Source of the DNA: Octopus vulgaris
Taxonomy: Eukaryota
Length of the DNA: 64,000 nucleotides
Direction: 5' to 3'
NCBI GenBank assembly: GCA_951406725.2
Contig: OX597821.1
Coordinates: 114,700,001 to 114,764,000 of the forward strand
Below, one piece after another: positions 37,238 to 51,116 of this stretch. Made by a program: the position numbers and the translations under genes. The notes under the pieces are model-generated. The model was given only the letters and a program-made list of their open reading frames with translations, was not told the DNA's origin and did not search any database. Positions within the stretch are counted from its first letter, which is position 1, and each line of letters starts with the position of its first letter.

Positions 37238-37881
37238 CATATATATACATACACACATACATATACATACATACTTATACAAATATACACACACACATAC
37301 ATACATACTCATATACACATACACGCACATACACATGTACATGCGTACCCATACACATACACACACACACACGCGCGCATCCATATATACACATAAGTAC
37401 ACACATGCGTAAAAGTATACATATATCTATGCTTACACATACACACACGCGCCTCCTTATATTCATACTTACATGCATACTCAAAAAATAGGTAAATAGT
37501 AAAATATATATACGCGCAGTTATTCATACATGCATACTCAAAAAATAAATAATAAATATTAAGTATATGTACGTGCAGTTACCTATTATATAGACGGATA
37601 CATACATATAAATAAACTTACACACATGTATATATACATATATATATATATATACATATATACACATATATATACATATACATATACATATATATATATA
37701 CACACACACACATACACATATATATATATATATACATACTTACACACATGTACAAATACATACACACATAGATAACTCTACGTACCTACATATACATAAA
37801 CACACGAGCGTACACGTATATGTACATATACACATACACATACACACGCATATATATACATACATGCATACACATACACAC

Positions 37882-37954
<73 letters not shown>

Positions 37955-38205
37955 TATACACACACACACACACATATACATGTGTGCAGACATACATACA
38001 TACTCATACACGCACACACACTTACATATACATATATACACACACTTACACACATATATACATACTCATATACATACATGCATACATACATATATGCATA
38101 CATACACACACACATATATATATACATACATACACATACACATACCTATACATATATATACACACATATATACACATGCACATACTTATATCTCTACATA
38201 CTCGC

Positions 38206-38252
<47 letters not shown>

Positions 38253-38572
38253 TACATATACCTATATACATGTATATATACACACACATATATATACACG
38301 TCTACAATTTGTATCTACACTCACATACATGCACATACACATAACTCTACATACCTACATATACATCGACATACTCGCGTACACTCATATATATACACAT
38401 ATATACATATACACACACACATACATATACATATACATATATATATATATATAAACATAATACACATATACACACACATACATATACATATATATACACC
38501 CACACACACCCACACATACATATATACATATATATACATACATACATATACATACATACACATATACATACA

Positions 38573-38631
<59 letters not shown>

Positions 38632-38635
38632 ATAC

Positions 38636-38688
<53 letters not shown>

Positions 38689-39402
38689 TACATATATACA
38701 TACATACATATACACACACATACATATATCAACAATTGAGGGTAAAGTTAATTAGTTATTAATCAATTTCACCAAGTATTCAGTATGTAAAAGGACCATT
38801 ATTTTTTTGTGTAAACAATGTCTGAGGGAAAATATTCTCTAAGTAGTGGAAGAGGCTAAAAAACTTTTTTGGCTGCTATTTCTAGAAAGTTCAGTATGTG
38901 GCAAAGTAATTTATTTTACTAAGCCCTAATTATATAATATTTTATACATACATACATACACATACATACACACATACATATACACATACATATGCATAAA
39001 CACATATATACATATATACATATATACATATATACACGCACACACACACACACGCACATACATATATATATATTTTTTTTTTTTTTACATACATACACAC
39101 ACACACACATAATACATGCGTATATTCCTACTATACCCATACATTTCTATACATATATACGATACACATATACAAGCGTGCACATACAATATGTGAAAGG
39201 TCTTAGGAGAAAAGGTAATCGGGGGTGCTAGGGGAACGGTGGGATTGGGGGGGTTTTGTGGGTGGGGTGTCATCAATCTGGTTGCCGGGTAGGTCTATAG
39301 TTCTTGTAGTTCGCATACTTCTTATGCAAGCAATTTGGGGAGTGTTCTGAGATTTTGTTAAGGAGAGGGCCTTTGGCGAACAAGATCTCTAGGCTCTCCA
39401 TA
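35812..39402 (-). mobile_element. 5'-truncated Penelope-like element (family A): GIY-YIG C-terminus, microsatellite-expanded 3' region and pseudo-LTR end
   Basis: 39273-39402 encodes ESLEILFAKGPLLNKISEHSPNCLHKKY, parallel to ERLHIL..LNSRSE..CKH at 9.9 kb; 35812-36190 is shared with 52318-52660 and 57957-58091. Continuity across the repeat tract is inferred. Confidence 0.7.
35898..35948 (-). ncRNA. Type I hammerhead ribozyme (family A)
   Basis: agcttc-CTGAAGA-tttctcttgaat-GAAA-cag ttctagtc ctg-TA-gaagct; 6-bp stem I, GUA cleavage triplet. Confidence 0.85.
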
Positions 39403-39495
39403 GTCTGCCCATAGCACTTACTCAGCATTACCTGACACCATTGGGTCTTCTTGACACCATTACCTCTCATAACCTATGTATACATACATGCATGC
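39401..39495. repeat. Local direct duplication (other copy 40769-40865), each followed by (CATA)n
   Basis: TAGTCYGCCCATAGCACTTACTCAGCATTACCTGACACCATTGGGTCTTCTTGACACCATTACCTCTCATAACCTATG occurs twice, ~1.37 kb apart. Confidence 0.95.
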
Positions 39496-39572
39496 ATGCA
39501 TACATACATACATACATACATACATACATACATACATACATGCATACATACATACATACATACATGCATGCA

Positions 39573-39636
<64 letters not shown>

Positions 39637-39806
39637 TATGTATGTATATATATATATGAGTAGATGGACAGCCGACAACAGATGAAGGGTCGTTCTTTGT
39701 GTTACTTGTCTTGTTTTCCATTTGTTTCCCTCGTTGTTCGCATATCCAAGTTTGTCTTCGTATTTCATGTTGTTTACGTTTTGTGACGTCCTGTACCCAT
39801 ATATGC

Positions 39807-39838
<32 letters not shown>

Positions 39839-39849
39839 ATGTATATGTA

Positions 39850-39891
<42 letters not shown>

Positions 39892-39955
39892 CATTATATG
39901 ACTGAACGCCACGCATCCATTTCCAAGTAAGTTTATATATATATATAAATATATT

Positions 39956-40041
<86 letters not shown>

Positions 40042-40554
40042 AAAGAGTAAAAAGGGGATATATTATGCTGGCGAATACCGACTTATCTCATAAAATGGTA
40101 TAGACGCAGGCTATCCACAACGTTGGAATTACAGCGTACTCAAGTCTAAATAGATATTGAGATTTGTAAGTTCTACTTGTTGGGAATTCCTTGTTCCTAT
40201 TCACAAATATTCCGTAGAGTATACAATTGAAAACGAAAAGGAGAGTGAAGATTTATTCACATCCAAAACTTTATTAAAAGACCAAAATTCAATTTGATTT
40301 CAAAAAAAAGTATCGCTATAACCTGCAACTGAATACCAACGTAGGAAGCTGGTTTCAATCAGTTCACTTTGAAAACATCATAAGTGATGGACCCTTGATG
40401 AAATTGCAGCGACTAGGATGCATAATTGCATACAGAGCAATGTGCAGTTGCTGCAGTAGAAACATATGTCGGTCATTGTTATATATGCTGTAGAAAACTG
40501 TTTTAAGAAAAAGCTTTCGATGTGAATGAATCTCCACTCTCCTCTTTGTTTTCA

Positions 40555-40629
<75 letters not shown>

Positions 40630-40681
40630 TGAGATAAAAAAAATTCAAGGCTGTCAAAGATTTCAGATCATTTACAAAGAT

Positions 40682-40730
40682 GTCTTACAGCTGTTTCCGG
40701 AATATTTTATATATCCCTTCATCAGTAGAC
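40682..40730 (-). ncRNA. Type I hammerhead ribozyme (family D) with palindromic stem III
   Basis: Minus strand: gtct-a-CTGATGA-a gggatat ataaa atattcc g-GAAA-cagctg-TA-agac; ACAGCTGT palindrome; lies in a short segment abutting (CA)n. Confidence 0.7.
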
Positions 40731-41078
40731 TCCTCATTCGCATAATCACCGAACCAGGAGCTTAACTATAGTCCGCCCATAGCACTTACTCAGCATTACC
40801 TGACACCATTGGGTCTTCTTGACACCATTACCTCTCATAACCTATGTATACATACATGCATGCATACATACATACATACATACATACATACATACATACA
40901 TACATACATACATACATACATACATACATACATACATACATACATACATACATACATACATACATACATACATACATACATACATACATACATACATACA
41001 TACATACATACATACATACATACATACATACATACATACATACATACATGCATACATACATACATACATACATGCATG

Positions 41079-41110
<32 letters not shown>

Positions 41111-41136
41111 CATACATACATACATGCATGCATACA

Positions 41137-41170
<34 letters not shown>

Positions 41171-41192
41171 CATACATACATACATGCATGCA

Positions 41193-41224
<32 letters not shown>

Positions 41225-41366
41225 CATACACACATACATACATACATACATACATACATACATACACACATACATACATACATACATACATACATACATA
41301 CATACATACATACATGCATACATACATACATACATACATACATACATACATACATACATACATACA

Positions 41367-41397
<31 letters not shown>

Positions 41398-41407
41398 GAC
41401 TGTTTAA

Positions 41408-41633
41408 GGCGGCGAGCTGGCAGAAACGTTAGCGTGCCGGGCGAAATGCTTAGCGGTATTTCGTCTGTCGTTACGTTCTGAGTTCAAATTCCGTCGAGGT
41501 CGACTTTGCCTTTCATCATTTCGGGGTCGATAAATAAAGTACCAGTTTTACACTGGGGTCGATGTAATCGACTTAATCCCTTTGTCTGTTCTTGTTTGAC
41601 CCCTCTATGTTTAGCCCCTTGTGGGCAATAAAG

Positions 41634-41637
<4 letters not shown>
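41408..41637 (+). mobile_element. Meta-like tRNA SINE
   Basis: Near-identical to 1230-1460. Confidence 0.85.
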
Positions 41638-41676
<39 letters not shown>

Positions 41677-43113
41677 GGGGTGGCTGTGTGTTAAGAGGTT
41701 TACTTCCCATTCACATATTCCAGGTTCAGTCCCATTGCAGGGTACCTTGAGTAAGTGTCTTGCAAAGAGTACTGGTACTGGTGCCACCTAAATAGCAGGC
41801 AAGAGCGAATTATGCCTACCTAATCTACAAAAAAAATATATATATATTGTATTCTATGTAGAGTAATCAGAGTAACCTTCGTAATTATATTGAATTTGGT
41901 GCATATTTTGCCATAAAAGAAAAATGTTACAATCGATCCATTTTATTCAGAGTAGGCACTGCCTACCTTGCCTGCGCAGGCGGCAGGTCCCTGGTTTAAT
42001 GAAAGCTTGGCATGACTTTTACATGCCCGTTTATTCTTTACATCCTTGAAATAGCTGCAAACAAAGGGAGGCCTTGTACCCTCAAATTCTGCTCTTGTTT
42101 TTTTTAAAAGAAAATCACAATACATTACACAATGTAGTCCAAGATGCACTGGTACATAAATTATTGCTGGAACACCTTTGATTGTATGTTTGATCAGCGG
42201 TGAATTAGTGTATAAATGAATAATAAATGAAAATAAGAACCATGATAACAAATGAGAAGGTTACTTACAGATATTTTCTTGAAGAGAATCTAGTCTTCAC
42301 TTGAAATAACTATGTGAAAATCTTCAGAGAATGTCAATCGGATATTGAGGAATGATCTTTTTCTGAAGATCTCTTGGCACCAACTCCTTCTTCTATGATT
42401 GTTCTCATCAATATATACTAATATATACACACTAAAACCTCGTTCAGATATTCCTTTTTCCATTAACTCTTCCAATTCTTAATGTATCTTTCTTGGCGTA
42501 GGCGTGACTTTTGAAAACAATTTGTTTCCACCCACTTTCAATTTTAAATCTATTGGACCAGGTTTTTCTTAATACCTCAATCATAATTATACATTGTTTT
42601 TTCTTCTGTGATAATTACATTCATATTTGATGTCTTTTTTTTATGAGATTTCCCCCCCCCCCTTCAAAAAACTAAAACAAATATAAGCACCCTAATATTC
42701 ATTGCAAAGATATTGCAATGGATATTTTGTTGAGCCTGCAGATTTTAAAGACAACCATTGAATCTATGTTGCAATGGTTCAAACTGAACCATCTAGTTAT
42801 TGTATTAATTAAAAATATTTTACTTTCATTGATATTTTTTAAAAGTATATTGCAAAAACGTATTTGTCTCTTTCTAAAAAAAAATGTACCAAGAAATAAT
42901 TGCAAACATTCTGCAGAAAAATTAAATTTTATTGCATAATGAAACGCTTTACGTATTCTGTTTTATTGCATTTCATATTTTTATTGACATTTTATTTTGA
43001 GTCGATAATTATATGGTCGTCTGTAAAAAGTTAAATACTTTCATAACCTGAAACATCACAACTATTTTGCTATCAACATTCAAAGGTGTGTGTGTGTGTG
43101 TTTAGATTATATA

Positions 43114-44326
43114 CGAGGTCTGTAAGTAAAATAATGAAACTCTTTCAGAAAGCACACAGGGCGTTGCATTCTTCACAGCAGTGCTGGAACTCAGAAACCG
43201 GAATGGTCTTAATCTTGTCTGTTACACCATTTTTCGTTTTCCATCGTATCAAAATGTCCTTTGGGGTGAATTTTCAGTTTGGGGAAGAGAAAAAAGTTAC
43301 ATGGACTCGGGTCAGGTGAATAAGGAGGTTGAGAGAGAACAGGGTATGCTTTTCTGTGCTAAAATCTTTGTAATCGAAAGCGCTGTGTGACAAGGCGCAT
43401 TGTCATGATGCAGCATCCAGCTATCTTTGATCAGTTTCCGTAGCCTTTCAAGAAATCAAGGTAAAAATGCCGATTCGAGGAACGAATTCACGGTAAAAAT
43501 GCCGATTCGTCCTTGAAGCCCGAATTCTTTGTGGACGATTTCATTGCTGTCAAAAAAGCAAATGAGCATGGTTTTCAATTTCGATTTGCTCATTCTCGCT
43601 TTTTTCGGCCGCAGTGAGTTTCTGGATCATACTCAAAAATCTACTATTGATCACCAGTAATGACGTTTGAGAGAAAACCTGAGTCATTTTCAGTCCGTTC
43701 CAGGAGATCACAGCACACTTCCTTCCTGCTGTCTTTTTGCTCAGGGGTGAGATTTTGGGGGACAACTTTCGCAGAAATATTCCTCATTCACAATTCATCA
43801 AAACTTGATGAACGGTTAATGCAGTTCAAATTCAGCTTCTTTGCAATCAATCTGGCGGTCAGATCGCACGAAGTCATTGATTCACTCCACATTTTCGTCA
43901 TTTCTTGAAGTTGATGACCTTCCTGACCGAGGGTAATCTTCAACGGATTCTCAGCCTTCTAAAAAGGCTTTGAACCTTCTGAAAATTCTTGCTCTTCATG
44001 GGGTAGTCTCCCGTAAATCTGTTGAGGTTTTGCGCAAGTTTCTGTGGCATTGTGTCCGATTTTGAAGCAACACTCGATTGCGTAGCGTTACTCGTAACTG
44101 TGTTTGCTCATTTTTAGGACACACAAAACAAAATCACTTCGCAAAACAAGGACTCACAGTTCACCTGTTAACGCCACGTGGCTGCTTCTTCTTCTTCTTC
44201 TGCTGCTGCTGCTGGAACTGAAGTCAAAGAGAGCGTTGATGTGGCAATACCGGGAAGAGGAACACCACAGTGTTGTCAGATCAAACGCTACGAGGCCCAG
44301 TCTCATTACTTTATTTACAAACTTCG
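43114..44326 (-). mobile_element. Decayed mariner transposon
   Basis: Imperfect TIRs CGAGGTCTGTAAGTAAAATAATGAAACT / AGTCTCATTACTTTATTTACAAACTTCG; ITGD, WMLHHDNAPCH and PDPSPCNFFLFP motifs on the minus strand. Confidence 0.85.
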
Positions 44327-44885
44327 GATCTTTTCCTTTTGAACGGCAGTTGTCAACACAATTTCTAGTTAACTAAACACTTTTAAACTTCGTATACTGG
44401 TAGAATGTGTTTATAAAACATTATTTTCTCTTAGTTTTATTGAGAAAATTCTATGGTTTGTAAGATATTTCGTCTGAAAATCCAAGCATTTCGGCAATTT
44501 TAACCAATCGATTACCTCCATTTAGGTAAACAACATTTGCTGCGTCTAAAACTGAGACAACATCCTGTAACTAACCCTAATTTTTTTTATTAATTGCTAA
44601 ATTAATTTAATTGTTACGCGTGTAAAATTATAGAATTATTTTGTATGTTAATTGTTTAAATTATTTTCCATTGCTTTAGATTTTTACACGCGTAATAATT
44701 AAATTAATTTAACAATTAAGAAAATAAAATTAGGGTTAAGGTTAGGGTTAGTTACAGGATGTTGTCTCAGTTTTAGACGCAGCAAATGATTTTAGCTCAA
44801 AAGAGAGCATAGGATTAGTTAAAATTCGAAAAATTAAACTACGTTAAACAAACAAATTACAATTTTCTCAAGAAAGCCAATAAAA
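44326..44885. mobile_element. Merlin-like foldback MITE related to 17352-17787
   Basis: Starts GGATCTTTTCCTTTTGAACGGCAG; internal inverted arms 44533-44630 / 44682-44788 contain CCCTAA / TTAGGG. Confidence 0.75.
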
Positions 44886-44890
44886 ATTAA

Positions 44891-44955
<65 letters not shown>

Positions 44956-44956
<1 letters not shown>

Positions 44957-45503
44957 TGCCCTGATGCAGTACCAGGCAGTGGCTCTCATGGCTTCTGATC
45001 TTAACTGATTGGAAGTGTTATCATGTACATTGTTTTGTCTTGGTATAAAAGATGGGCTACAGCAAATATTCTGCTCAAAACCACAGATTTGTTTGTCAGT
45101 TGTTTGACCTTAACCAGTTGAGCTTGTCCCTTAGTGGCTGACGATATGTGCATCTCTGATCACGAGCAGAAGCAGTGGGGGAGCATCATAACCATGTGTT
45201 GAGAGGGATTCTTTGGGGTTTGAATAATTCACCTCTGGAAACATGGGTGGTTCTTTCAACATCCTTAAACAACCCTTATTCAGGGACCTTTTGAGCGGGA
45301 TGGGCTACTCAACCTGAAGAAATTTCTAACTGGGCCCCACCTGCAAGGTCATGTGCTGTTTATCTTGATATGAGATCACTATGTCGCGTACATATGGTTG
45401 TGATGCATGTGCCTGATGTACCCGGGTAGTCATGATGGGTATATTGGGCTTCGTATATTTTACCCCAGTGTCACTTTGATGGCATGAACTGCTCTCTCAC
45501 TCA
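44956..45503 (-). mobile_element. (ATT)n-tailed retroposon inserted in an (AAT)n tract
   Basis: Reverse complement of 18720-19255, with (AAT)n on both sides. Confidence 0.8.
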
Positions 45504-45739
45504 ATAATAATAATAATAATAATAATAGGCTTATCATAGATAGTAAGATAGATTTTTCAATGAATGTGAAATAATTTTGCAAAATAGTCGTGGATGCTGC
45601 TGGTGGTGATGGTGGTGGTCATGGGTGGATAATGACAAGTGTAGTTTTTATTTAATTTAATTGAACTAAATTTTTTTTATCGCCTGTCACTTAACGCATA
45701 CAATTATTGATCGTCTGCTCGTTTGAAAATTAATATTTG

Positions 45740-46160
45740 TTTATAAACTATGGACGACAGACGATATAAGCTTGCAAAAAGGCAAAGACGTTAAGAGAAG
45801 CAGAACAAGCATGGGAGCATTAGCGTGTAGGAGGGAAAATATGAATCAAAGAGTATAGAGTAAGTATTTACAACAGATAAGGGAATCAGAGAAAGCGTTA
45901 AAAAAATGTTAACATACGGTTGAAAGTTACAATACCAGTGACATGTTTTCAGAAATCATTTTGAAGCTCTTAGATTTATAAATCACTGAACTGCTGAGAG
46001 AATGGGAAGGTTATACTCTTTCAATCAATACCTTATCCTGAACTGGAAGGTATTTTTAAGTGAAAATAATGCAGAATATACAATTTATAAAGGAATACCA
46101 ATTTTTATGGTTCTATACAAACTTACAACCATCTAAAAAATTTCGTATTTATCATGGAAT
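45740..46160 (+). pseudogene. Possible decayed Helitron RepHel N-terminal fragment
   Basis: Remnants VTCF..FEALRF..NC..NGKVIL..MQNIQ..FRI resemble the Helitron C..C.A...E..CC..G.I.L region; heavily disrupted. Confidence 0.35.
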
Positions 46161-46357
46161 TTCCATGAGTACCGCTACAGACCTTCTCTTCCCTCGGTTA
46201 TGGAGTTATACTTACCAAATTTTTTCACTGCTTTACTTACATGATATCGATTGTCCATAGTCCACTATTACTATATTTGCTTTATTTCTGGATCCTATAA
46301 TTTCGCTCTACTGGAACTTAGTAACAAAAATTGTCTTTTACTTATTTTTATTTGTCG

Positions 46358-46750
46358 CTAGCAGCATCGCCTGGTGTTGCTCGGATTTGCTTCGATCCTT
46401 TAGAATTGGAATTTTTGAAAAGTAAAAATTGTGCATTATGTAGCTTGTTATTCTCTTTAAGTGAACGTTTTTCTGGTTGAAATACACCAAAAAATGGCGA
46501 CACAGCGGTCAAAAAATCGTAAAAAAATAGGGATTTTCATAGAAAAAAAGCACCTTTTTGATGTAAATAATGTTTGGTGTTAATATGGTCCGATTTGAAT
46601 CTTTTCTTCTATGGAAGGAAGAGCAAGCCTTCTTCTATCATACTCTCAATTTTGATCAACTTGCGCCGCAGGGTCTCGGAGGAAATAGTGTTAGTTGAAG
46701 GCTACCAAACCTGCCATACACAGCCAACTTCAGCTTTATATGTAGAAAGA
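46358..46750 (-). mobile_element. Non-autonomous Helitron
   Basis: Minus strand starts TC and ends CCGAGCAACACCAGG hairpin plus CTAG. Confidence 0.7.
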
Positions 46751-47540
46751 TTTAAAATTTTTTATTTCTTTTTCTTATATTCTCAACGAGCACACCCTTT
46801 CAGTTACACCAGGGGTTCTCAACTATTTCTTATCTATAGACCCCTTCGATCACTATTTCAATCTGGTGGACCCCCATAGCCATACGAAGTTTAAAAATTA
46901 ATTTTATAGATATTTCTTTCAAAATACCTATTTTGTTTCTCGCTGCAGTACTCCTAAATAGGCCAACCATGACACATAGACCGCCGCTGAAATTTCGCAT
47001 CAAGGAGAAAATGACCATCACCTGCACATCACCAACGTGTGTTCATGAGCTAGAAGCTTCCAGCGTGCCAAGCCTACGCCAGTTGCCCATGGGGACATAG
47101 CCATTGAATTTGAAGGAGTTGGAGAGCAGAGTCCAGATGAGCCGTCTGCGAAACCGATGCCCAACACTTTGCTCCAAGACCTCCTCTGCGGCTCCCGTGC
47201 GTGTGTATGTGTGTGTGTGTGTAGTAAAGTTCATCCCAGAGTCGTGTAGATTCATAAGGGCCGGTTTCCTGGTTTCTGTGGTGTCTGTACACTCCACCTG
47301 TACAGGAGATCAGACCATCACGGGATTACTCATTTTTGCCCGTGAGCGAACTGAAACAACGTGATCACCACGCTCAAGAACACAACGCATCGCCTGGTCC
47401 AGGAATCGAAACCACAAACTTACTGTCATGAGTCCAACACCCCTATCCACTAAGCCACATGTCGCCATGTGTATGTATGTATGTATGTATGTATCTATGT
47501 ATGTATGTATGTATGTATGTATGCATGCATTCATGCATGC

Positions 47541-47573
<33 letters not shown>

Positions 47574-47679
47574 TGTATGTATGTATGTATGTATGTATGT
47601 ATGTATGTATGTATGTATGTATGAGTGTGTGTGTTTATGTATGTGTGTGTATATGTGCATGTATGTATGTATGTCATTA

Positions 47680-48200
47680 TGCAGTTTATTTCAAGATTTC
47701 TTGCCAATAGATAAAGAATCGGTTTCTAGCCTAGATCCAAGGTTCCTTTATTGGAATTTCAACATCAACAACAGGGTATGTATGTATGTGCGTGTGTATG
47801 TATGTATGTATGTATGTATGTATGTATGTATGTATGCATGTATGTATGTATGTATGTATGTATGTATGAATGTATGTATGTGTGTATGTATGTATGTATG
47901 TATGTATGTATGTATGTATGTATGTATGTATGTATGTATGTATGTATGTATGTATGTGCAGATGTGTATGTTTTATGTATGTAATCTCGTGCATATACTT
48001 GCATATATAGACATGCTCATATATATTTAAATGATAAACATCTGGAAAGTTTTACAGATTCTTACAGTTCCAATGATAGATTGGATCCGTAGTCTTCGAA
48101 TCAGCTTTCTCCTTTCTGGTGTTGAGAAGCCTAATTTCTCGAGATTGGTATTTAGGTAGTGTGTTACGTATCCCAGGGCCCCAATAATTACAGGTGAACG
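47680..48200 (-). mobile_element. RLE-type LINE 3' end with 3' UTR ending in (CATA)n
   Basis: PVIIGALGYV..LEKLGFS..RKLIRRL..SIIGTVRICKTF*; same type as 7300-7795. Confidence 0.8.
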
Positions 48201-49114
48201 TATGTATGCATCGTTAGAAAAAGAAATGAGGGACAACGAGGAAAAAGAGAAAGCAAATTTGTGAACGAATGATAGAGGTTAATTTTGTGGATGGTCATAA
48301 TGTACTCAGTTGCCAGTATCAAATTTCGGTAAATGGCTGAAAATTTTAAGTTTACTGCCAGCAACGACATTAAACAAATGGGAAAGACAGGTGAAAGTTA
48401 AAACAATAACAACAACAAACAAGCGAGTGTTAGGAAGACAATAAATAAAATCATAAAACTATTATTAATAATAAAGATCATAATATTAGTATAATGATAA
48501 CAATAGTATGAAAGATAAAAATGACGGTGGGAGGCAGTGTGAACAGGAATACTGAAGGGGACGTGATGGTCATGGTTGGAGATATGCAATGATAGCTGAC
48601 AGAAGCATTCTGTCGACCTTAGAATGTGACAAGCAGAGACATAAGAGAGAAAAGAAACAATGAAAAAGGATGGGGAAAGCTAATGGGGGTGGAGGTGGGG
48701 GTACCTTAGAAAGTTGATATAGAACCTGAAAATTTAGAATTTAACTGAAGTGTGGCCAAGAAATTTATAAAATATGCAAGTTTTGAATGGATATATAGTT
48801 GATAATGCCATAGGGTGAATTGAAGAAAAATAAAATTAAAAATTGATGATGATGATATGTATGAATATATGTGAGTATATATATCAAATGGATGTGTTAT
48901 AATACTATTCCGCACATACAATAATAGCCACGCCAACAATCCAACATACCTCCATCATCAGCTGCCCCACGGACATCATTATGGTTTCGACACCTGGGCA
49001 GTACCACTCAATCCAGTGGTGTCAACAGTGTTGGCAATAGGTGTTGTTTGAGAATAAATATACCTAAGAAATCAATCACCACATTCATTCAATCTTAATT
49101 CTAGGAATTAATTC

Positions 49115-49236
<122 letters not shown>

Positions 49237-49275
49237 AGGTGATGGTGAGGGATATACAAATATTTATGTATATAA

Positions 49276-49312
<37 letters not shown>

Positions 49313-49454
49313 GCACCATTGGCATAGTCAGTGACATCACACAAATGGCTAAGCATATTCCCTGAATTAGCGTGGCTAGAATGTCTGTCCTGAGCAACAG
49401 CCCCAAAGCAAAAGAGGCCCACACTAGTCATTCTTCTGCTCTTATAATCTCTCT

Positions 49455-49815
49455 TGACCACCGCCACGACAACATCGTTTTCTTCGTCTGCCGCAAAGGC
49501 ATTTTTTTCCAAATATGCCAGCTAAGCTAAGTTGAACTGTCTAAAGTCGTAAGACACCCGCTGTTTTTGTCCTGTTATTACTATTATTGTTTTTTGTATT
49601 TATATTCGTGTGGCATCGTCCGTTTTCTGTCCTTGTTTCGTATACATTCGATCCTTTTTCCAAGAAATCTAATGCTCGTAGCTTAGTTTTTCCTTGGGGC
49701 TGGCCGGATCGGAGCGATCTCAAGATTAATCAGCCGAAATTGCGAGGATGATCCGGTTCTTGACTGTGTCGTCTCTTTGAGTGTTTTGCGTTCTTGTCCC
49801 ATTTTGTATTTTTAT
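49455..49815 (+). repeat. Dispersed repeat, probably a PLE-type pseudo-LTR (second copy 51493-51890)
   Basis: Two near-identical ~360-400-bp copies ending at (TA)n; this copy has an internal deletion after CTTGACTG. Confidence 0.75.
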
Positions 49816-49835
49816 ATATATTTTTTATACATATA

Positions 49836-51116
49836 CTAGCAGTATCGCCCGGCGTTGCTCGGGTTTGTAAGGGAAATGACTATATAAGCATTTTTAGAGA
49901 GTTATAGCCAAAAAATAGCAAAAAAAATGCATTAAAAATGGAAAAAAAAATTAAGGTAAATTTCTTTTCAAATCGTTGACACATCGTAGATATTTTTAGA
50001 GAGTTACTTCCCTTATATAATAGCGAAAAAAATGCATTAAAATGGAAAAATATGATGGTAAATTTTTTAAAATCGTAGACTCATCGTAGACGCGCGCTAA
50101 TACCCAGAAGGGCTCGATATGACTTACGACTATAAGATACCCGGTTTGGTTTTTCTTAACCCTTTCGTTACTATATTTCTGACCAAATTACACCCCTTAT
50201 GTGTTTCAATTAATTTCTAACGTAATCATAAATTTAGTCTGGTTTCATTAAACAACAATAACTTTTTTATTTATCAATATATTAATGTGATTTTTGGAAG
50301 ATAATTTAATGAAATGTCCTCAACCAATTCTATACTATAACTTTTGTCACAAAGTGACTCTAATTGCAGGTAGATACAGGTAAATTCAACAATATATAAA
50401 ATTATTAAAATTTTGTTCAAACATCGCTATAGAAAATGGGTTATTAGCTAATATTCAATTGGGTATACAACAAAATTTTACGATATAATTTGTTATTCTG
50501 GGTAACTTTCTGATACCCATAATAATATTTATGGCAAAATAGGCCTTAATTTCATTTAAGGTTGTGGGAAATAACAAACTATCCTTTCTTTCGCTTTGTT
50601 TACGTTTAGCGTAATGATTTCAAATAGGCTCATTCGAAAAAGTAAATAGAAATAGTTTAAGGCTTTATTCTTCTGGGAAAGTCTGTGGCTTGGTCCAGTT
50701 TCTTCAGCAAAATCACCGAAAGAAACAGTTTTTAAATTTTCACTTCATTCAGGTACCAATTCGTTTTCTTTATCGCTGTCGGATTCATTGTTTTCACTTT
50801 AATAGCTGCAAACTTGCAAAGACAAAGGAGGAGAAGGGTGATAGCGTCAGTGAAACAATTCGCTCCCTTTGTGTGTGTGTGCGTTTGCGTGTGGTGTAAA
50901 CCACATTAAGAAGAGCATTTGACATACACACCAGAATGTGAGTTTTCTGTAAATTTTGCTTAATTGGAGTTTAAATTTTAAAAACTGGACCTGGCATGAC
51001 CCGATGCATTCTACTCTTAAAAATGCTAGGTAACTTGTAATTGAAGAAATCCTATATTGTAGATTTCTATAAGTTACAAAGGGAGGCAGATAAAATCTGC
51101 CTTTTATAATAAGAGA
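49836..51116 (-). mobile_element. Non-autonomous Helitron, apparently containing a piggyBac-like end
   Basis: 3' end matches that of 415-797 (hairpin plus CTAG); 5' TCTCTTATTATAAAAGGCAG at 51116; TTAACCCTTT at 50156. Confidence 0.65.

Noticed and set aside
40320-40490. Cys-rich reading (ICFYCSNCTLLC) after a possible minus-strand acceptor
   Set aside because: No convincing donor or partner exon; insufficient support.
36074-41481. Many long ORFs ([12 protein letters not shown] repeats), also at 2.4, 7.8, 11.6, 47.4, 52.7 and 56.3 kb
   Set aside because: Translations of (TA)n, (CA)n and (CATA)n microsatellites that lack stop codons.
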